The notes below the pieces were generated by a model that saw only the letters and a program-made list of their open reading frames with translations, searched no databases and was not told where the DNA came from. A program made the position numbers and the translations under genes. DNA of 64,000 nt from Fibrobacterota bacterium (lineage in GTDB: Bacteria > Fibrobacterota > Fibrobacteria > UBA11236), in the NCBI GenBank assembly GCA_028287505.1, contig JAQBPN010000014.1, positions 2,648 through 66,647 of the forward strand, in the 5' to 3' direction. Positions 1-9,907 of the stretch are shown piece after piece (positions within the stretch are counted from its first letter, which is position 1; each line of letters begins with the position of its first letter).

Positions 1-3000
1 ACCGGCAACGGGACCACCGCAGCCACGACCCAATCCGCGGCCGGCCTCATCACTTATGGCAGCTCGGTTTGGTATTACCTCACGGCCGCGGTCAATCGCA
101 CCGCGGGCACGGCCACCCTGTACAAGAACGGCCTGCAAGTCGTTTCCGGGTTCGTAAGAACCGATTTCACCAATACTCCCGCTTTGAGCGTGGGAAAAAT
201 GGCGGCGGGAGGAGCGTCGAACTACTACTACACGGGCGACATGGATGAAATGGAGGTTTCCACCACCCTGCGCAGCGACGATTGGATCAAACTCAGCTAT
301 GAGTCGCAGAAAGCGGGCTCCACCGTGATCAGCATCGGGGCCCGCCCGTCGGATTTCACCAGTTCGGTCCGGTTCAACTTCAACACCACCGCCACCGGCG
401 CCAATGTCACCGGCACCGACGTCGCCAATATCCCCATCCTGGTCCGTCTCACCTCCTCCAATTTCGATTTCTCCCGGACGACGAATACGGGAAGCGACAT
501 CCAGTTCATCGACAGGGACGGGACCTACCTGTATCACGAAGTGGTGGAATGGGACAAAGCCAATTCCGTGGGCAAGGTGTGGGTGAAGGTGCCCCAGGTG
601 GACAAGAATTCCACCACGGATTACATCACCCTCTACTACGGCTGCGCCGCCTGCCTGGGCAGCCCCTATGCGGTCAAGGATTCCGTTTGGAACGGATACA
701 AAGGCGTCTTCCATTTGAATGCTCCGGAGGATAAGGCCTATGACGCGTCCACCTTGGCGAACCATGGAACCTATGCCGGGGGCGACCAGCCGAACGTTGC
801 CGGACTGACGAGCAACAATGCCCTCTATTTCGACGGCACCACGAACTATATCGACGTTCCCAACGAAAGCAATTATGATATCACCGCCAACTTTTCGGTT
901 TCCGCCTGGATCAAGGTACCGGCTTTCACCAAAGGCTGGCAGGCCCTGGTGACCAAAGGCGACAATTCCTGGCGCCTTCATCGCAACAACGTCGGTTCCG
1001 CCATACGGATGGACTGTACCAACCTCACCACCAATACCACGATTTCCGGCTCCACGGCCGTGGACGACAATGCCTGGCATTACGTGGCAGGCGTCTACGA
1101 CGGGTCTTTCCTGCGGCTCTACCTCGACGGCGCCTCCGACGCCACGGCTCTGGCCGCCACGGGCTCGATTGCCAACAATGCTTACGATGCCTACATCGGG
1201 GAGAATGCGCAGTCGACGGGGCGGCAATGGAACGGGGCCGTCAGCGAGGTGCGCATCGGAAACACGGCGGGGGTTCTGAGCGCCGATTTCATCAAGCTGT
1301 CCTATCAGAACCAGAAGGCGAACAGCACCCTTTTCTCGACCACCACCATCACCACCGCCTCCTTCCAGAAGTCCAAGGTTTTCAAGCTCAACACCACCGC
1401 CTCCGGAGCCAACATCGCCGGGGACGTGTACAATTTCCCCTTGCTGCTCCGCATCACCGGATCCACCCTCTGCGATGCCGTGCAGGCCAGCGCTCCCGAT
1501 ATCCGCTTCCTGGACGGCGACGGCGTCACCTGGCTCGACTACCAGGTCGAACGCTGGGATCAAAGCGTCGACAGCGCGGAAGTTTGGGTTAAGGTGCCCA
1601 AGATTTCCGGCAACAGCGCTTCGGGAACCGTGACCATGTATTACCAGCAGGCTTCCGGCGTGACCGTGCCCGACGGCCAATGCGCGTCCTGCGTGTTCAG
1701 CCCCGGCGACGGGTATGCCGGAGTGTGGCATTTGAGCCAGGCCGGCAACACTACCGCCAATAACTACGTGGATGCCACCGGCAACGGCTACCACGGCACC
1801 GGCACCGCCATGGTGGCGGGCAATCAGGTCAGCGCCTTGGTGGGGAAAGGCCAGACCTTCGATGGCTCGACGCAATGGATTTCACTGGGAACCGCCGCCG
1901 GTTCCTCCAGCACCCAGACCGTGTCCTTTTGGATGAAAGCCACCTCGCTCGCCAATACCATTCCCGTGGACAAGAACCCGAGCGACGCCAGCGGGGTAGG
2001 CTGGACGTTCAAGAACCGCAGCGATGGATCCACCTGGTACCGGACCGGCAGCGAAACCAGTGCCAGCGACCTGAAACCCACCGGGGTCTATACCGCGGGA
2101 AATTGGGTCCACATAGCCGGTACTTTCGACGCCTCCGGAAACTTTTGCATCTACTCGAACGGCGCCTTGCTGACCAGCGGGACCAGCACCAAATCCGTCG
2201 CCAATTCCACCACCACCTTGCGTTTGGGCATTCCCAGCGTGGCCGCCGGCACGGAGAAATTCGCCGGGACCATGGACGAGGTGGAGATTTCCTCCGCGGT
2301 GCGGGATTCCAATTGGATCAAGCTGGAATACCAGAACCAGAGGGCCGCCACGCCCCTCTTCAACCCCAGTCCCGCCGATTTCGTCTCGACCCGGAAGTAT
2401 ACCTTCAACACCACCAAGACCGGCGCCAACGTGATGAACAACGTCACCAATTTCCCTTTGCTGGTCCGCATCAGGGACGTGAACGGCGGCATCGTGGACG
2501 CTGTGCAGGCCAGCGCCCCCGACATCCGCTTCCTGGACGGGGACGGCAAGACCTGGCTCAACTATTCCATCGAGCGCTGGGACAAGACCCTGGACAGCGC
2601 CGAAGTCTGGGTCCTGGTGCCCCAAGTGGACGGCAACAGCGACCACGACTTCATCACCCTCTATTACAATGACGTCGCCAACGGCACGGTAGCGGACGGG
2701 CAATGCGCCAACTGCGTATTCGGCACGGACAATGGTTTCGCGGCAGCCTGGCATCTCAACAACAGCCTCTTGGATGAAACCGCAAATTCCAATAACGGCA
2801 CCAATCAGGGTTCCGCCAACGGGGAAGGGGTATCCGCCGCCGGCCGCAGCTTCAGCGGGACCGCCCAGTACGCGACCTTCGGGAACGCCAACAGCCTCAA
2901 GAACATTACCAGCGCCATCACCGTGGAAGCTTGGCTCAAAACCTCCCAGGCCGCGGGCGGCGTCCACAGCATCCTCCGCCATGACAGCCATTTCACGCCC

Positions 3001-6000
3001 CTGCAAATTACCGGCACCGCCCCCATCGCCCAAACGGCTATCTGGAATCCGGGTCTGGGCGTCGGGGCGTTTACCTGGAACGGGGTCTGGAACGACAACA
3101 CCTGGCAGCACTTCGTCACGCAATACGATAACGTCAACGGTCTCCGCATCTACAGGAACGGAACTTTATACTTGAACGTGTCCGCATCGGGGGACTTGGC
3201 CGTCGGGACCCTCAATTTCGCCATGGGAGGGACCGAAACCGGCGCGGAATTGTACACCGGGAATCTGGACGAGGTCCGGGTTTCGAATGTCGCGCGGGAT
3301 AGCAATTGGATCCGGCTCTCCTACCATACCCAGCTCCGCACCGGCAACGTGTTCTGGAATTCCCGCGCCGGCCCGGACAACCTGGTTTCCCTCACCGCCA
3401 CCGCCGGATCGGGCAATATCGCCCTGTCCTGGAACACGCCGGTGTCCGATTCGTCCAACGCCGATTCCGTAGGCTTGTGGGTCAAATATGCCGCCTATCC
3501 CGATTCGGCCAATGCCGCCTCCGCCACGCGCGTGGTACAGCTCGCCAAGACCGATTCCGCCTACACCTATCCCGCCGCCTATTCGGGCACCTATTACTTC
3601 GCCTTGGCGGTCCGCAATTCCAACGGGGCCTGGAGCCCGTTCACTACTTCGTCTTCGGATACGGCGGTCCTGGTCGGCAGCACCACCAACACGGACACCG
3701 TTTACGTGGATTCCGCCATCGGCCTCGACGCCAATTCCTGCACTTTGGCGCGGAACCCCGCCACCCCCAAGCTGACCATCACCAGCGCCGTCGCCAACTG
3801 CACGGCGACCGACACCCTGGTGGTACGCGCGATGCCCGGCACCTATGCCAACGACAATTCCTTCACCATCAACGCCAAGCCCACTCAGATTGCATCTTTC
3901 GACAATAATTCCCGCGCGGTTTTGAGCGGCAGCGGCAGCGTGACCGATAATGCCGTCCTTTACAACTATACCGTGGCGGTCAATAGCGGCATCACCTTGC
4001 GCAACATGAACGTCAAGGCGGGGAACAATAACAACGCCGGCGTGTATCTCCGTTACAATGGAACCGGTATCACCCTGGACGGCTGCCGGATTTACAACAA
4101 CGGGAGCACCAAGAACAACTGCTGCGTGAGAATGGCGGACAATACCAGCCAGAACGTTCTCATCGCCAATAACCTTTGCTACCAACCGACCACGCACGGC
4201 ATCGACGTTTTCAACGGCCGCTTCCAAAACATCGTGAACAACGTGTTCTACGGCAGCGGGGGTTCCACCGAAGGCATCACTTACGCCGGAAACACGGCAT
4301 ATACCAGTTCGACGGTCGCCAACAACATCTTCTACAACTGGAACTACGGCATCCGCAACACTTTTTCCAGCGACTTCGGCCTCGTGTCCAACAACCTCTT
4401 TTACCAGGTCACCAGCGGACAGGAAGTGTCGGGTGAAACCGACAACAACAGGATCATCAAGGACCCCCTGTTCTATTCCACCGACCCCTTGAGCCCCAAA
4501 GGCTTCAAGCCCTTGCCCGGCTCCCCGGCCATCGATGCGGGAACTTCCAGCCTGGTCGGCTCGGGTTATGCGGTGACGACCAGCCGCGATGCGTTCGGCA
4601 CGGCGCGCCCCCAAGGCGCGGCCCCGGACATCGGCCTGTACGAAGGCGCCGGCTATACCCCCAATCCCTCCGGAGAATTCGACACCTTAACCACTTCTTA
4701 TACCGCCACCACCACCACGGTGGAAAACGGCAAATGGAAGATCATCTTCGACAAGGCCGGCGGCGGCGGCATCAACCTGTTCTACGACAAAACCACCGCC
4801 CCCTCCACCAATCTCCTCGCTGCCGGTTCCACCCTATTCGACGCCAAAATCGATGCCTATACCGCTTCCGCCCAGGCCTCCATCTTCGCTCCCACCTTCC
4901 TGGAACGCACCCGCGCCCGCGCCACCGTCCGCCAGCGCCTGGCGGTTTCCGCCTCCTTGGACCTCAACATCTATTACACCGTCTACCCTTCGGGGCATAT
5001 CTATATCCAAAGCGAATTGTCCAACTTGGGCAGCGCCACTTTGGCGGTGGGAACGGTGGACTATACCTTGAAGCTCGGCACCACCACCTCCGCCTTCACC
5101 TCCGGAGGCGCCAAGAACGGCTTTGGCTATCTCAACACCGCCACACGCGACGCCTTGCTTTCGGTTACCGGGGATCTGGACGGTGGCGCCTCTTCGGCCG
5201 AAACCTGGTCCAGCGCCACCGCCGCTTCGGGTTCCCCCGGAACCGTGGTCTTTAAAACCGCCAACCTCGTGGATATCGAAAAGAACATGACGCGCCGTCA
5301 TCCCTTCCTTTTGTACATCGGGGACAATGCCCTGGACTTCCCGAAGTCGGCCACCTTGAACATCGATGCCTATAACCCCAGCGTGGTCACCGCCTCGGCG
5401 GGCTCTCTCGTTTTGGAGCGGTCCTGGCAGATGGGCCTCAACGGGCATTGGACCTTCGATGAGGGCGCAGGCCCCACGGCCAGGGACAAGGCGGTCTTCT
5501 TCCAGAACAACGCCGCCATCACAGGCGCGAACGCCAAATTCGTGTCCGGCAAGGTGGGCGGCGCCCTCTACCTCACGGCTACTGACGAGGCCACGGTCAC
5601 GGACAACAACAGCGTGGAAGCCACTATCGGCGCCACCTATCTGTTCTGGCTCAAACCCGATTTCGCCGGCTCGGGAACCACCGCCTACATCATCAGCAAA
5701 GGCACCTCCACCTCGAACGGCTGGTTTGTCCGCAAGGAATCGGGCCTCAACAAAATCACCTTCAACATGGGCGCCGCTTCCGTGACAAGCCCCGCCTTGA
5801 CCGATGGCGTCTGGACCCACATCGCCGTATCCAGCCACGGCGCCAGCGACCTGGAGATGTACGTCAACGGCGTGCAGGCGGCCTCTTCCATAGCCCCCGC
5901 CACGGCCGTGGCCAACGCCTCCGACTTGCTGTTCGGCTACAACACCGGCGCCGCTGCGGACAAATTCCAGGGCACCTTGGATGATATCCGTATCTACAAC

Positions 6001-8358
6001 AACGAAATCAGCCAGGGGGAAATCCAGGCCATCTACAACCGCGGCTTCTCGGGCAAGTATGGGCATTACGCCCTGAGGGCCGACAACAACAACCGCATCG
6101 TAGCGCTCCTCAATGGAGGCGCCGCCCAGACGCGCGTACAGCCCGCCTTCAAAATAGACAACTGGTACGGTCCCAATGTCCCCAAATACGTGTACTTGAA
6201 CGGTGTGAGGCTCATCCCCAATACGGATTTCGTGGTGGATTCGGTGGGCACCTCGTATGCCGGCTCTTACCTGGTGCTCCAGTTGAACAAGGTCCTGACC
6301 GGGGCGGACCAGACCTTATTCATCGACGATGACGATTCCACCGGATTTTTGGGCGCGGCGGGGCAGATGAAAGCGCTGACTGTCTCCTCGGTGGCCGGCG
6401 ATAAACTCGTCATCCAGAATTTTTCCGATACCGTGTTCGGCGCCTCCACCAGCGGGCAATGGCATCTGGAACTGGACCTGAACGGCTGGGCGCCCGGCAA
6501 TTGGACCGCGTCCCGTATCGTGGATACGGGATTTGGGGAATTCAATGTTTGGAAGGATGCGGCCATAGATCCCAACGTCGCCGTCTCCGGAGCCACCAAC
6601 CAAGTGGGCATCGATCTGGTCACAGGCAGGACCCTGACGCATCTGAAATTCGACAATACCACCAACCCGGCCTATTCTTCCGGAGCGGGCTATAACGGTC
6701 CGGCGAACATCACCTACACCCTGGCGGATTCCTCCTCCACGCGACTGTCCCTGGTTTTGACCAATATGTCCATGCAATGCAGCGACGGCACCTTTACGCT
6801 GTCCAAGCGTTGGACCGTTTATCCCACGGGCCGCATCTTCGGTAGTTTCACCCTCAGTTCCCAGGCTTTCGACATGGATTCGCCCGCCCTGGACCTGCAA
6901 GGGCGGTACAACGTGGGCACTGTGCTTCCCTGGGGCTCGGCCTATGCCAAGAGCAAAGGGCGCTGGGGCCTGATGGGCGGGGATCAGGACTTCCATTCTT
7001 ACGTAGGGGGGATTCTGGGGGTCAAGAACCTCACGTCCAATTACGACAATACCTTTATCACCAACGCGGACAGTACGCTCAAAAGCAACACCGGCGGGGC
7101 GGACTATCGCCGGCCCAGGTTGCTGCCACCCATCACGGAGTTCACCTCCGCCAACAATCCCATCACCGTGAATTTCATGATGGACATTTCCAAGGACTTC
7201 ACCGACTCGGCCACGGCGGACAGCCTGATGGCGGACGTGCAGACGCCGGCGGTCCTGACGGCCATCACCGGCACGAGAACCACCAGTGACGGCCTGGATT
7301 TCAACGGGGATAATTTCGCCGAGGGCGACGGGGCCTACACTTACGCGGCCGCCAGCGGTATCGTTCACTTCAAGTTCGTCAACGCCGTCACCGCCTTCAA
7401 CCCCGTCTTCCGCATCAACACCTGGACCCAGGGTACTTTGCCCGAGTTTGTGGAACTGGACAACCAGGTCCTGACAAAGGGATACCAGTACAACGCCTAT
7501 CTCAACGCCACCGGCGGCGAAGTGATCATTCAGTTCAATAAGACGCTCGCTCCGGGAACGCACATCTTCTACATCAGCCATAAGAACGGCTTGGCGGTGA
7601 CTCTGCGGGCTTTCGAAGCAAAGGGCGGGGAAGGCGTGGACACGCTCGCCTGGACCACGGAAAGCGAATTCGAAAACCTGGGGTACCATCTCTACCGCCG
7701 CCTGGCTCCCGCCGGGGCGCAAATCGACAGCGGTCTGGCGGATGGCGGCAAGGTGGCCGCCGCCGGCCCCGCAAACGCCCTGATGGACGAGGCCCGCACG
7801 GCTTTTTCAGGCGCCGGGGATTCCCACGGCGCCATGGACACCCTGGCTTCCCAGAACCTCATCCCGGAGGAACTGGCGGCTCTGGGCTACGTGCGCATCA
7901 CGCCCAGACTGATTCCGGGCGCCAAGAGCGGATCGTCGGCCAGCACCTTGAACTATAGTTACATCGATCGCACGGCCGAATTCGGGGCAGACTACGAGTA
8001 CTTGCTGGAGGCCGTGGACTTCAACGGTGGCAGAGTGCAATACGGTCCCCGGACGGCGCGTCCGTTCAAACCCTTGGCTACGGAACTGTACACGAATTAT
8101 CCCAACCCATTCAATCCCATCACCACCCTGCGATTCTCCCTCAAGGACAAGAGTAAGGTAAGTCTGCTCATATACGATTCCCGCGGCCGCCTGGTGCGCA
8201 TCCTGATCCGTCCCGACAAAGCCATGATGCCGGGCAAGTATCGCCTGATCTGGGACGCGAAAAACGAAAGCGGATTCGAGGCCCCCTCCGGACAGTACTT
8301 CTATCGCTTTACGGCGGGAAGATACGTGAAGACGCGGAAGATGATCCTGATGAAGTAG
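1..8358 (+). CDS. Giant secreted surface protein, 5'-partial: repeated DUF2341 + LamG/concanavalin-like modules, FN3-like segment, right-handed beta-helix region, further LamG-like domain, T9SS-type C-terminal sorting domain
   Basis: Frame 1 is open from nt 1, so the ORF-track start at 184 is internal. Three DUF2341-like segments (FNFNTTATGANV.., FKLNTTASGANI.., YTFNTTKTGANV..) are each followed by a LamG-like segment ending in a D-E-x-x-[IV]-S..R-x-x-x-W-I-[KR]-L-x-Y-x-x-Q junction. An N/G-rich beta-helix-like repeat region (..NNLCYQPTTHGIDVFNGRFQNIVNNVFYG..) has a GSPAIDAG..DIGLYE cap. The C-terminus YPNPFNPITTLRFSL...SGQYFYRF resembles Por/T9SS CTDs. Confidence 0.8.
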   Translation, partial: TGNGTTAATTQSAAGLITYGSSVWYYLTAAVNRTAGTATLYKNGLQVVSGFVRTDFTNTPALSVGKMAAGGASNYYYTGDMDEMEVSTTLRSDDWIKLSYESQKAGSTVISIGARPSDFTSSVRFNFNTTATGANVTGTDVANIPILVRLTSSNFDFSRTTNTGSDIQFIDRDGTYLYHEVVEWDKANSVGKVWVKVPQVDKNSTTDYITLYYGCAACLGSPYAVKDSVWNGYKGVFHLNAPEDKAYDASTLANHGTYAGGDQPNVAGLTSNNALYFDGTTNYIDVPNESNYDITANFSVSAWIKVPAFTKGWQALVTKGDNSWRLHRNNVGSAIRMDCTNLTTNTTISGSTAVDDNAWHYVAGVYDGSFLRLYLDGASDATALAATGSIANNAYDAYIGENAQSTGRQWNGAVSEVRIGNTAGVLSADFIKLSYQNQKANSTLFSTTTITTASFQKSKVFKLNTTASGANIAGDVYNFPLLLRITGSTLCDAVQASAPDIRFLDGDGVTWLDYQVERWDQSVDSAEVWVKVPKISGNSASGTVTMYYQQASGVTVPDGQCASCVFSPGDGYAGVWHLSQAGNTTANNYVDATGNGYHGTGTAMVAGNQVSALVGKGQTFDGSTQWISLGTAAGSSSTQTVSFWMKATSLANTIPVDKNPSDASGVGWTFKNRSDGSTWYRTGSETSASDLKPTGVYTAGNWVHIAGTFDASGNFCIYSNGALLTSGTSTKSVANSTTTLRLGIPSVAAGTEKFAGTMDEVEISSAVRDSNWIKLEYQNQRAATPLFNPSPADFVSTRKYTFNTTKTGANVMNNVTNFPLLVRIRDVNGGIVDAVQASAPDIRFLDGDGKTWLNYSIERWDKTLDSAEVWVLVPQVDGNSDHDFITLYYNDVANGTVADGQCANCVFGTDNGFAAAWHLNNSLLDETANSNNGTNQGSANGEGVSAAGRSFSGTAQYATFGNANSLKNITSAITVEAWLKTSQAAGGVHSILRHDSHFTPLQITGTAPIAQTAIWNPGLGVGAFTWNGVWNDNTWQHFVTQYDNVNGLRIYRNGTLYLNVSASGDLAVGTLNFAMGGTETGAELYTGNLDEVRVSNVARDSNWIRLSYHTQLRTGNVFWNSRAGPDNLVSLTATAGSGNIALSWNTPVSDSSNADSVGLWVKYAAYPDSANAASATRVVQLAKTDSAYTYPAAYSGTYYFALAVRNSNGAWSPFTTSSSDTAVLVGSTTNTDTVYVDSAIGLDANSCTLARNPATPKLTITSAVANCTATDTLVVRAMPGTYANDNSFTINAKPTQIASFDNNSRAVLSGSGSVTDNAVLYNYTVAVNSGITLRNMNVKAGNNNNAGVYLRYNGTGITLDGCRIYNNGSTKNNCCVRMADNTSQNVLIANNLCYQPTTHGIDVFNGRFQNIVNNVFYGSGGSTEGITYAGNTAYTSSTVANNIFYNWNYGIRNTFSSDFGLVSNNLFYQVTSGQEVSGETDNNRIIKDPLFYSTDPLSPKGFKPLPGSPAIDAGTSSLVGSGYAVTTSRDAFGTARPQGAAPDIGLYEGAGYTPNPSGEFDTLTTSYTATTTTVENGKWKIIFDKAGGGGINLFYDKTTAPSTNLLAAGSTLFDAKIDAYTASAQASIFAPTFLERTRARATVRQRLAVSASLDLNIYYTVYPSGHIYIQSELSNLGSATLAVGTVDYTLKLGTTTSAFTSGGAKNGFGYLNTATRDALLSVTGDLDGGASSAETWSSATAASGSPGTVVFKTANLVDIEKNMTRRHPFLLYIGDNALDFPKSATLNIDAYNPSVVTASAGSLVLERSWQMGLNGHWTFDEGAGPTARDKAVFFQNNAAITGANAKFVSGKVGGALYLTATDEATVTDNNSVEATIGATYLFWLKPDFAGSGTTAYIISKGTSTSNGWFVRKESGLNKITFNMGAASVTSPALTDGVWTHIAVSSHGASDLEMYVNGVQAASSIAPATAVANASDLLFGYNTGAAADKFQGTLDDIRIYNNEISQGEIQAIYNRGFSGKYGHYALRADNNNRIVALLNGGAAQTRVQPAFKIDNWYGPNVPKYVYLNGVRLIPNTDFVVDSVGTSYAGSYLVLQLNKVLTGADQTLFIDDDDSTGFLGAAGQMKALTVSSVAGDKLVIQNFSDTVFGASTSGQWHLELDLNGWAPGNWTASRIVDTGFGEFNVWKDAAIDPNVAVSGATNQVGIDLVTGRTLTHLKFDNTTNPAYSSGAGYNGPANITYTLADSSSTRLSLVLTNMSMQCSDGTFTLSKRWTVYPTGRIFGSFTLSSQAFDMDSPALDLQGRYNVGTVLPWGSAYAKSKGRWGLMGGDQDFHSYVGGILGVKNLTSNYDNTFITNADSTLKSNTGGADYRRPRLLPPITEFTSANNPITVNFMMDISKDFTDSATADSLMADVQTPAVLTAITGTRTTSDGLDFNGDNFAEGDGAYTYAAASGIVHFKFVNAVTAFNPVFRINTWTQGTLPEFVELDNQVLTKGYQYNAYLNATGGEVIIQFNKTLAPGTHIFYISHKNGLAVTLRAFEAKGGEGVDTLAWTTESEFENLGYHLYRRLAPAGAQIDSGLADGGKVAAAGPANALMDEARTAFSGAGDSHGAMDTLASQNLIPEELAALGYVRITPRLIPGAKSGSSASTLNYSYIDRTAEFGADYEYLLEAVDFNGGRVQYGPRTARPFKPLATELYTNYPNPFNPITTLRFSLKDKSKVSLLIYDSRGRLVRILIRPDKAMMPGKYRLIWDAKNESGFEAPSGQYFYRFTAGRYVKTRKMILMK

Positions 8359-8576
8359 ACCCGTCGCGGGTGCTCGGTTCGGGGCCGCCGCTCGGCCCAG
8401 GTCATCTTTTCCAGGATGTCAGGATGCCCCACGTAATGGTGGCCGGCCAGGTTCATGGGCTCCTTGTGGATGGCCGGATGGTCCACATAGAGGAATTATC
8501 AGCGCCCGGGTCCCATTTGGCCCTCCTGATTTGGTTCCCCGTCATCGGATTCACCGCCACGCCATCCGGGACCCTC

Positions 8577-9659
8577 TTATTTTGTTACAGGCTGGACGAG
8601 ATAGATCCCGCGGGCCTTATGGGACACGGTACCGATGTCGATGTTTTTCCGATCGGTTATCGCTCTCCCATTCAAGGCATGGACCATGGCGGTTCCGGAA
8701 GGAACCGTGTTTGGAAATACCGATGCGCGATTGAATGCGTTTATCGTCGTGGGCCGGTTTTTGAACAATACATCATAGGCGAACTGCGACGACATTGTAA
8801 GGAGGGTATCGTAGCGTTTATCGCCGGTCCCCATTCCATGGCCCATACCGGGAAATGGTTTCAGCACGGAGTAAGTGCCCTGCCGCGTCAAAACCCGGTG
8901 GATGCAAGCGCTGCCGTAGTAATCGGCATTGTGATCAAACGGAACTTCGGGATCGGCGGTTCCGGCGAAACTGACTACAGGGATGGCATTATTCAAAAGC
9001 CATGTGCTGTCCGGAACGGCGCCCCAGTTATTGAAAACGCCATTGATGGCGGAGGAGACGCCCGGAGTCCCGCTCTTACCCTCCAATCCGCCCACCTTGT
9101 TCGTGTCGATGTACGAGGGTATTTCCTTTGCATCAAGAAAGGCGACCTCAAGCGAGATGACTGCGCCTGCGGAGCAGCCGCCGATGAAAATCCGGGTATC
9201 ATCGATTTTGTAATCGCCTTTATGCGCCCGCAGGAATCGTATGGCGGCTTTGGCATCCTGCATACCGCGAAACGCCGCAATTTGCACAGGTATAAAAGGT
9301 TTCGTACTAAGCAGCCCGAGATCAAGCCGATATTGGATCGAAGCGGAGACATACCCCTTTTTCGCGTAGGTCTGGCTGAGGAGGACCATATCCCCGTCCT
9401 TCTTCGTGCCCACCGCGAATCCGCCTCCGAACAGGAAAAGCACCAAGGGCCGGGCTTTGGCGGTATCACCGGTAGGCTGGTAGAGGTCCAGCTTCAGTGT
9501 CTGGGGGGTGCCGTCCACATTGGAATTCGCACCGTAAGTAATATCGGAAGTCACCGTGACGTTCGTGAATACATTGTCCAGATAGCGGACAGGCGTCGCG
9601 GCGGAAACAAAAAGGGTTTGGAACAGAACCAAGACCAGAGGAATTTTCAGAGCCTGCAC
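8577..9659 (-). CDS. Secreted alpha/beta-hydrolase esterase/lipase (carboxylesterase-like) with T9SS-like C-terminal tail
   Basis: N-terminal signal peptide (MQALKIPLVLVLFQTLFVSA). Oxyanion-type LFLFGGGF motif and G-x-S-x-G nucleophile elbow (GGCSAGA). The last ~60 aa are beta-rich, ending GIYLVQPVTK. Confidence 0.75.
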   Translation of the reverse strand: MQALKIPLVLVLFQTLFVSAATPVRYLDNVFTNVTVTSDITYGANSNVDGTPQTLKLDLYQPTGDTAKARPLVLFLFGGGFAVGTKKDGDMVLLSQTYAKKGYVSASIQYRLDLGLLSTKPFIPVQIAAFRGMQDAKAAIRFLRAHKGDYKIDDTRIFIGGCSAGAVISLEVAFLDAKEIPSYIDTNKVGGLEGKSGTPGVSSAINGVFNNWGAVPDSTWLLNNAIPVVSFAGTADPEVPFDHNADYYGSACIHRVLTRQGTYSVLKPFPGMGHGMGTGDKRYDTLLTMSSQFAYDVLFKNRPTTINAFNRASVFPNTVPSGTAMVHALNGRAITDRKNIDIGTVSHKARGIYLVQPVTK

Positions 9660-9877
9660 TTGGTTTCTCCCCTTTTACGGCGAATTGCGGCTACGCATCG
9701 CTTCCCCGATTTATCCAATAAATGGAAAGTACTCCGGCCAAGGATTCCATGGGGCTCATAAATGAATGGCACGGAAAATGCCATTCTCGCTGTGAAAATA
9801 CGTTTCGGCGCATGCGGATTTTCTACACAAATTTATCCATGTGGTACATGGTTCCATCGATCCGAGCCGAAATGGTC

Positions 9878-9898
9878 AGGAGGTCCGATGGACCTCCT
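9878..9898 (-). terminator. Hairpin just downstream of the beta-helix gene stop (AGGAGGTCC-GAT-GGACCTCCT)
   Basis: Perfect 9-bp stem with its near edge 10 nt from the stop at 9908. A second 8-bp hairpin (GAATGGCA-N7-TGCCATTC) lies at 9764-9786. The U-tails are weak. Confidence 0.35.
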
Positions 9899-9907
9899 TC
9901 GGTACCC

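Noticed and set aside
1882-7722. Series of 400-480-aa minus-strand ORFs (1882-3123, 3166-4614, 4834-6066, 6316-7722)
   Set aside because: All are antisense to the single continuous giant plus-strand ORF with clear domain content, so they are GC-driven open frames.
8370-9761. 463-aa plus-strand ORF; likewise 13866-15341 (+), 15978-17099 (+), 17096-18256 (+), 19081-20250 (-), 19947-20888 (-), 27612-28982 (-), 29016-29870 (-), 35628-36944 (-), 36947-37657 (-), 59295-60308 (-)
   Set aside because: Each lies opposite a gene with recognisable motifs (esterase, propeller, lipoprotein, TIGR02147, RR/HK, metzincin, CMAS, S51, FN3 repeats). Their sequences are low-complexity.
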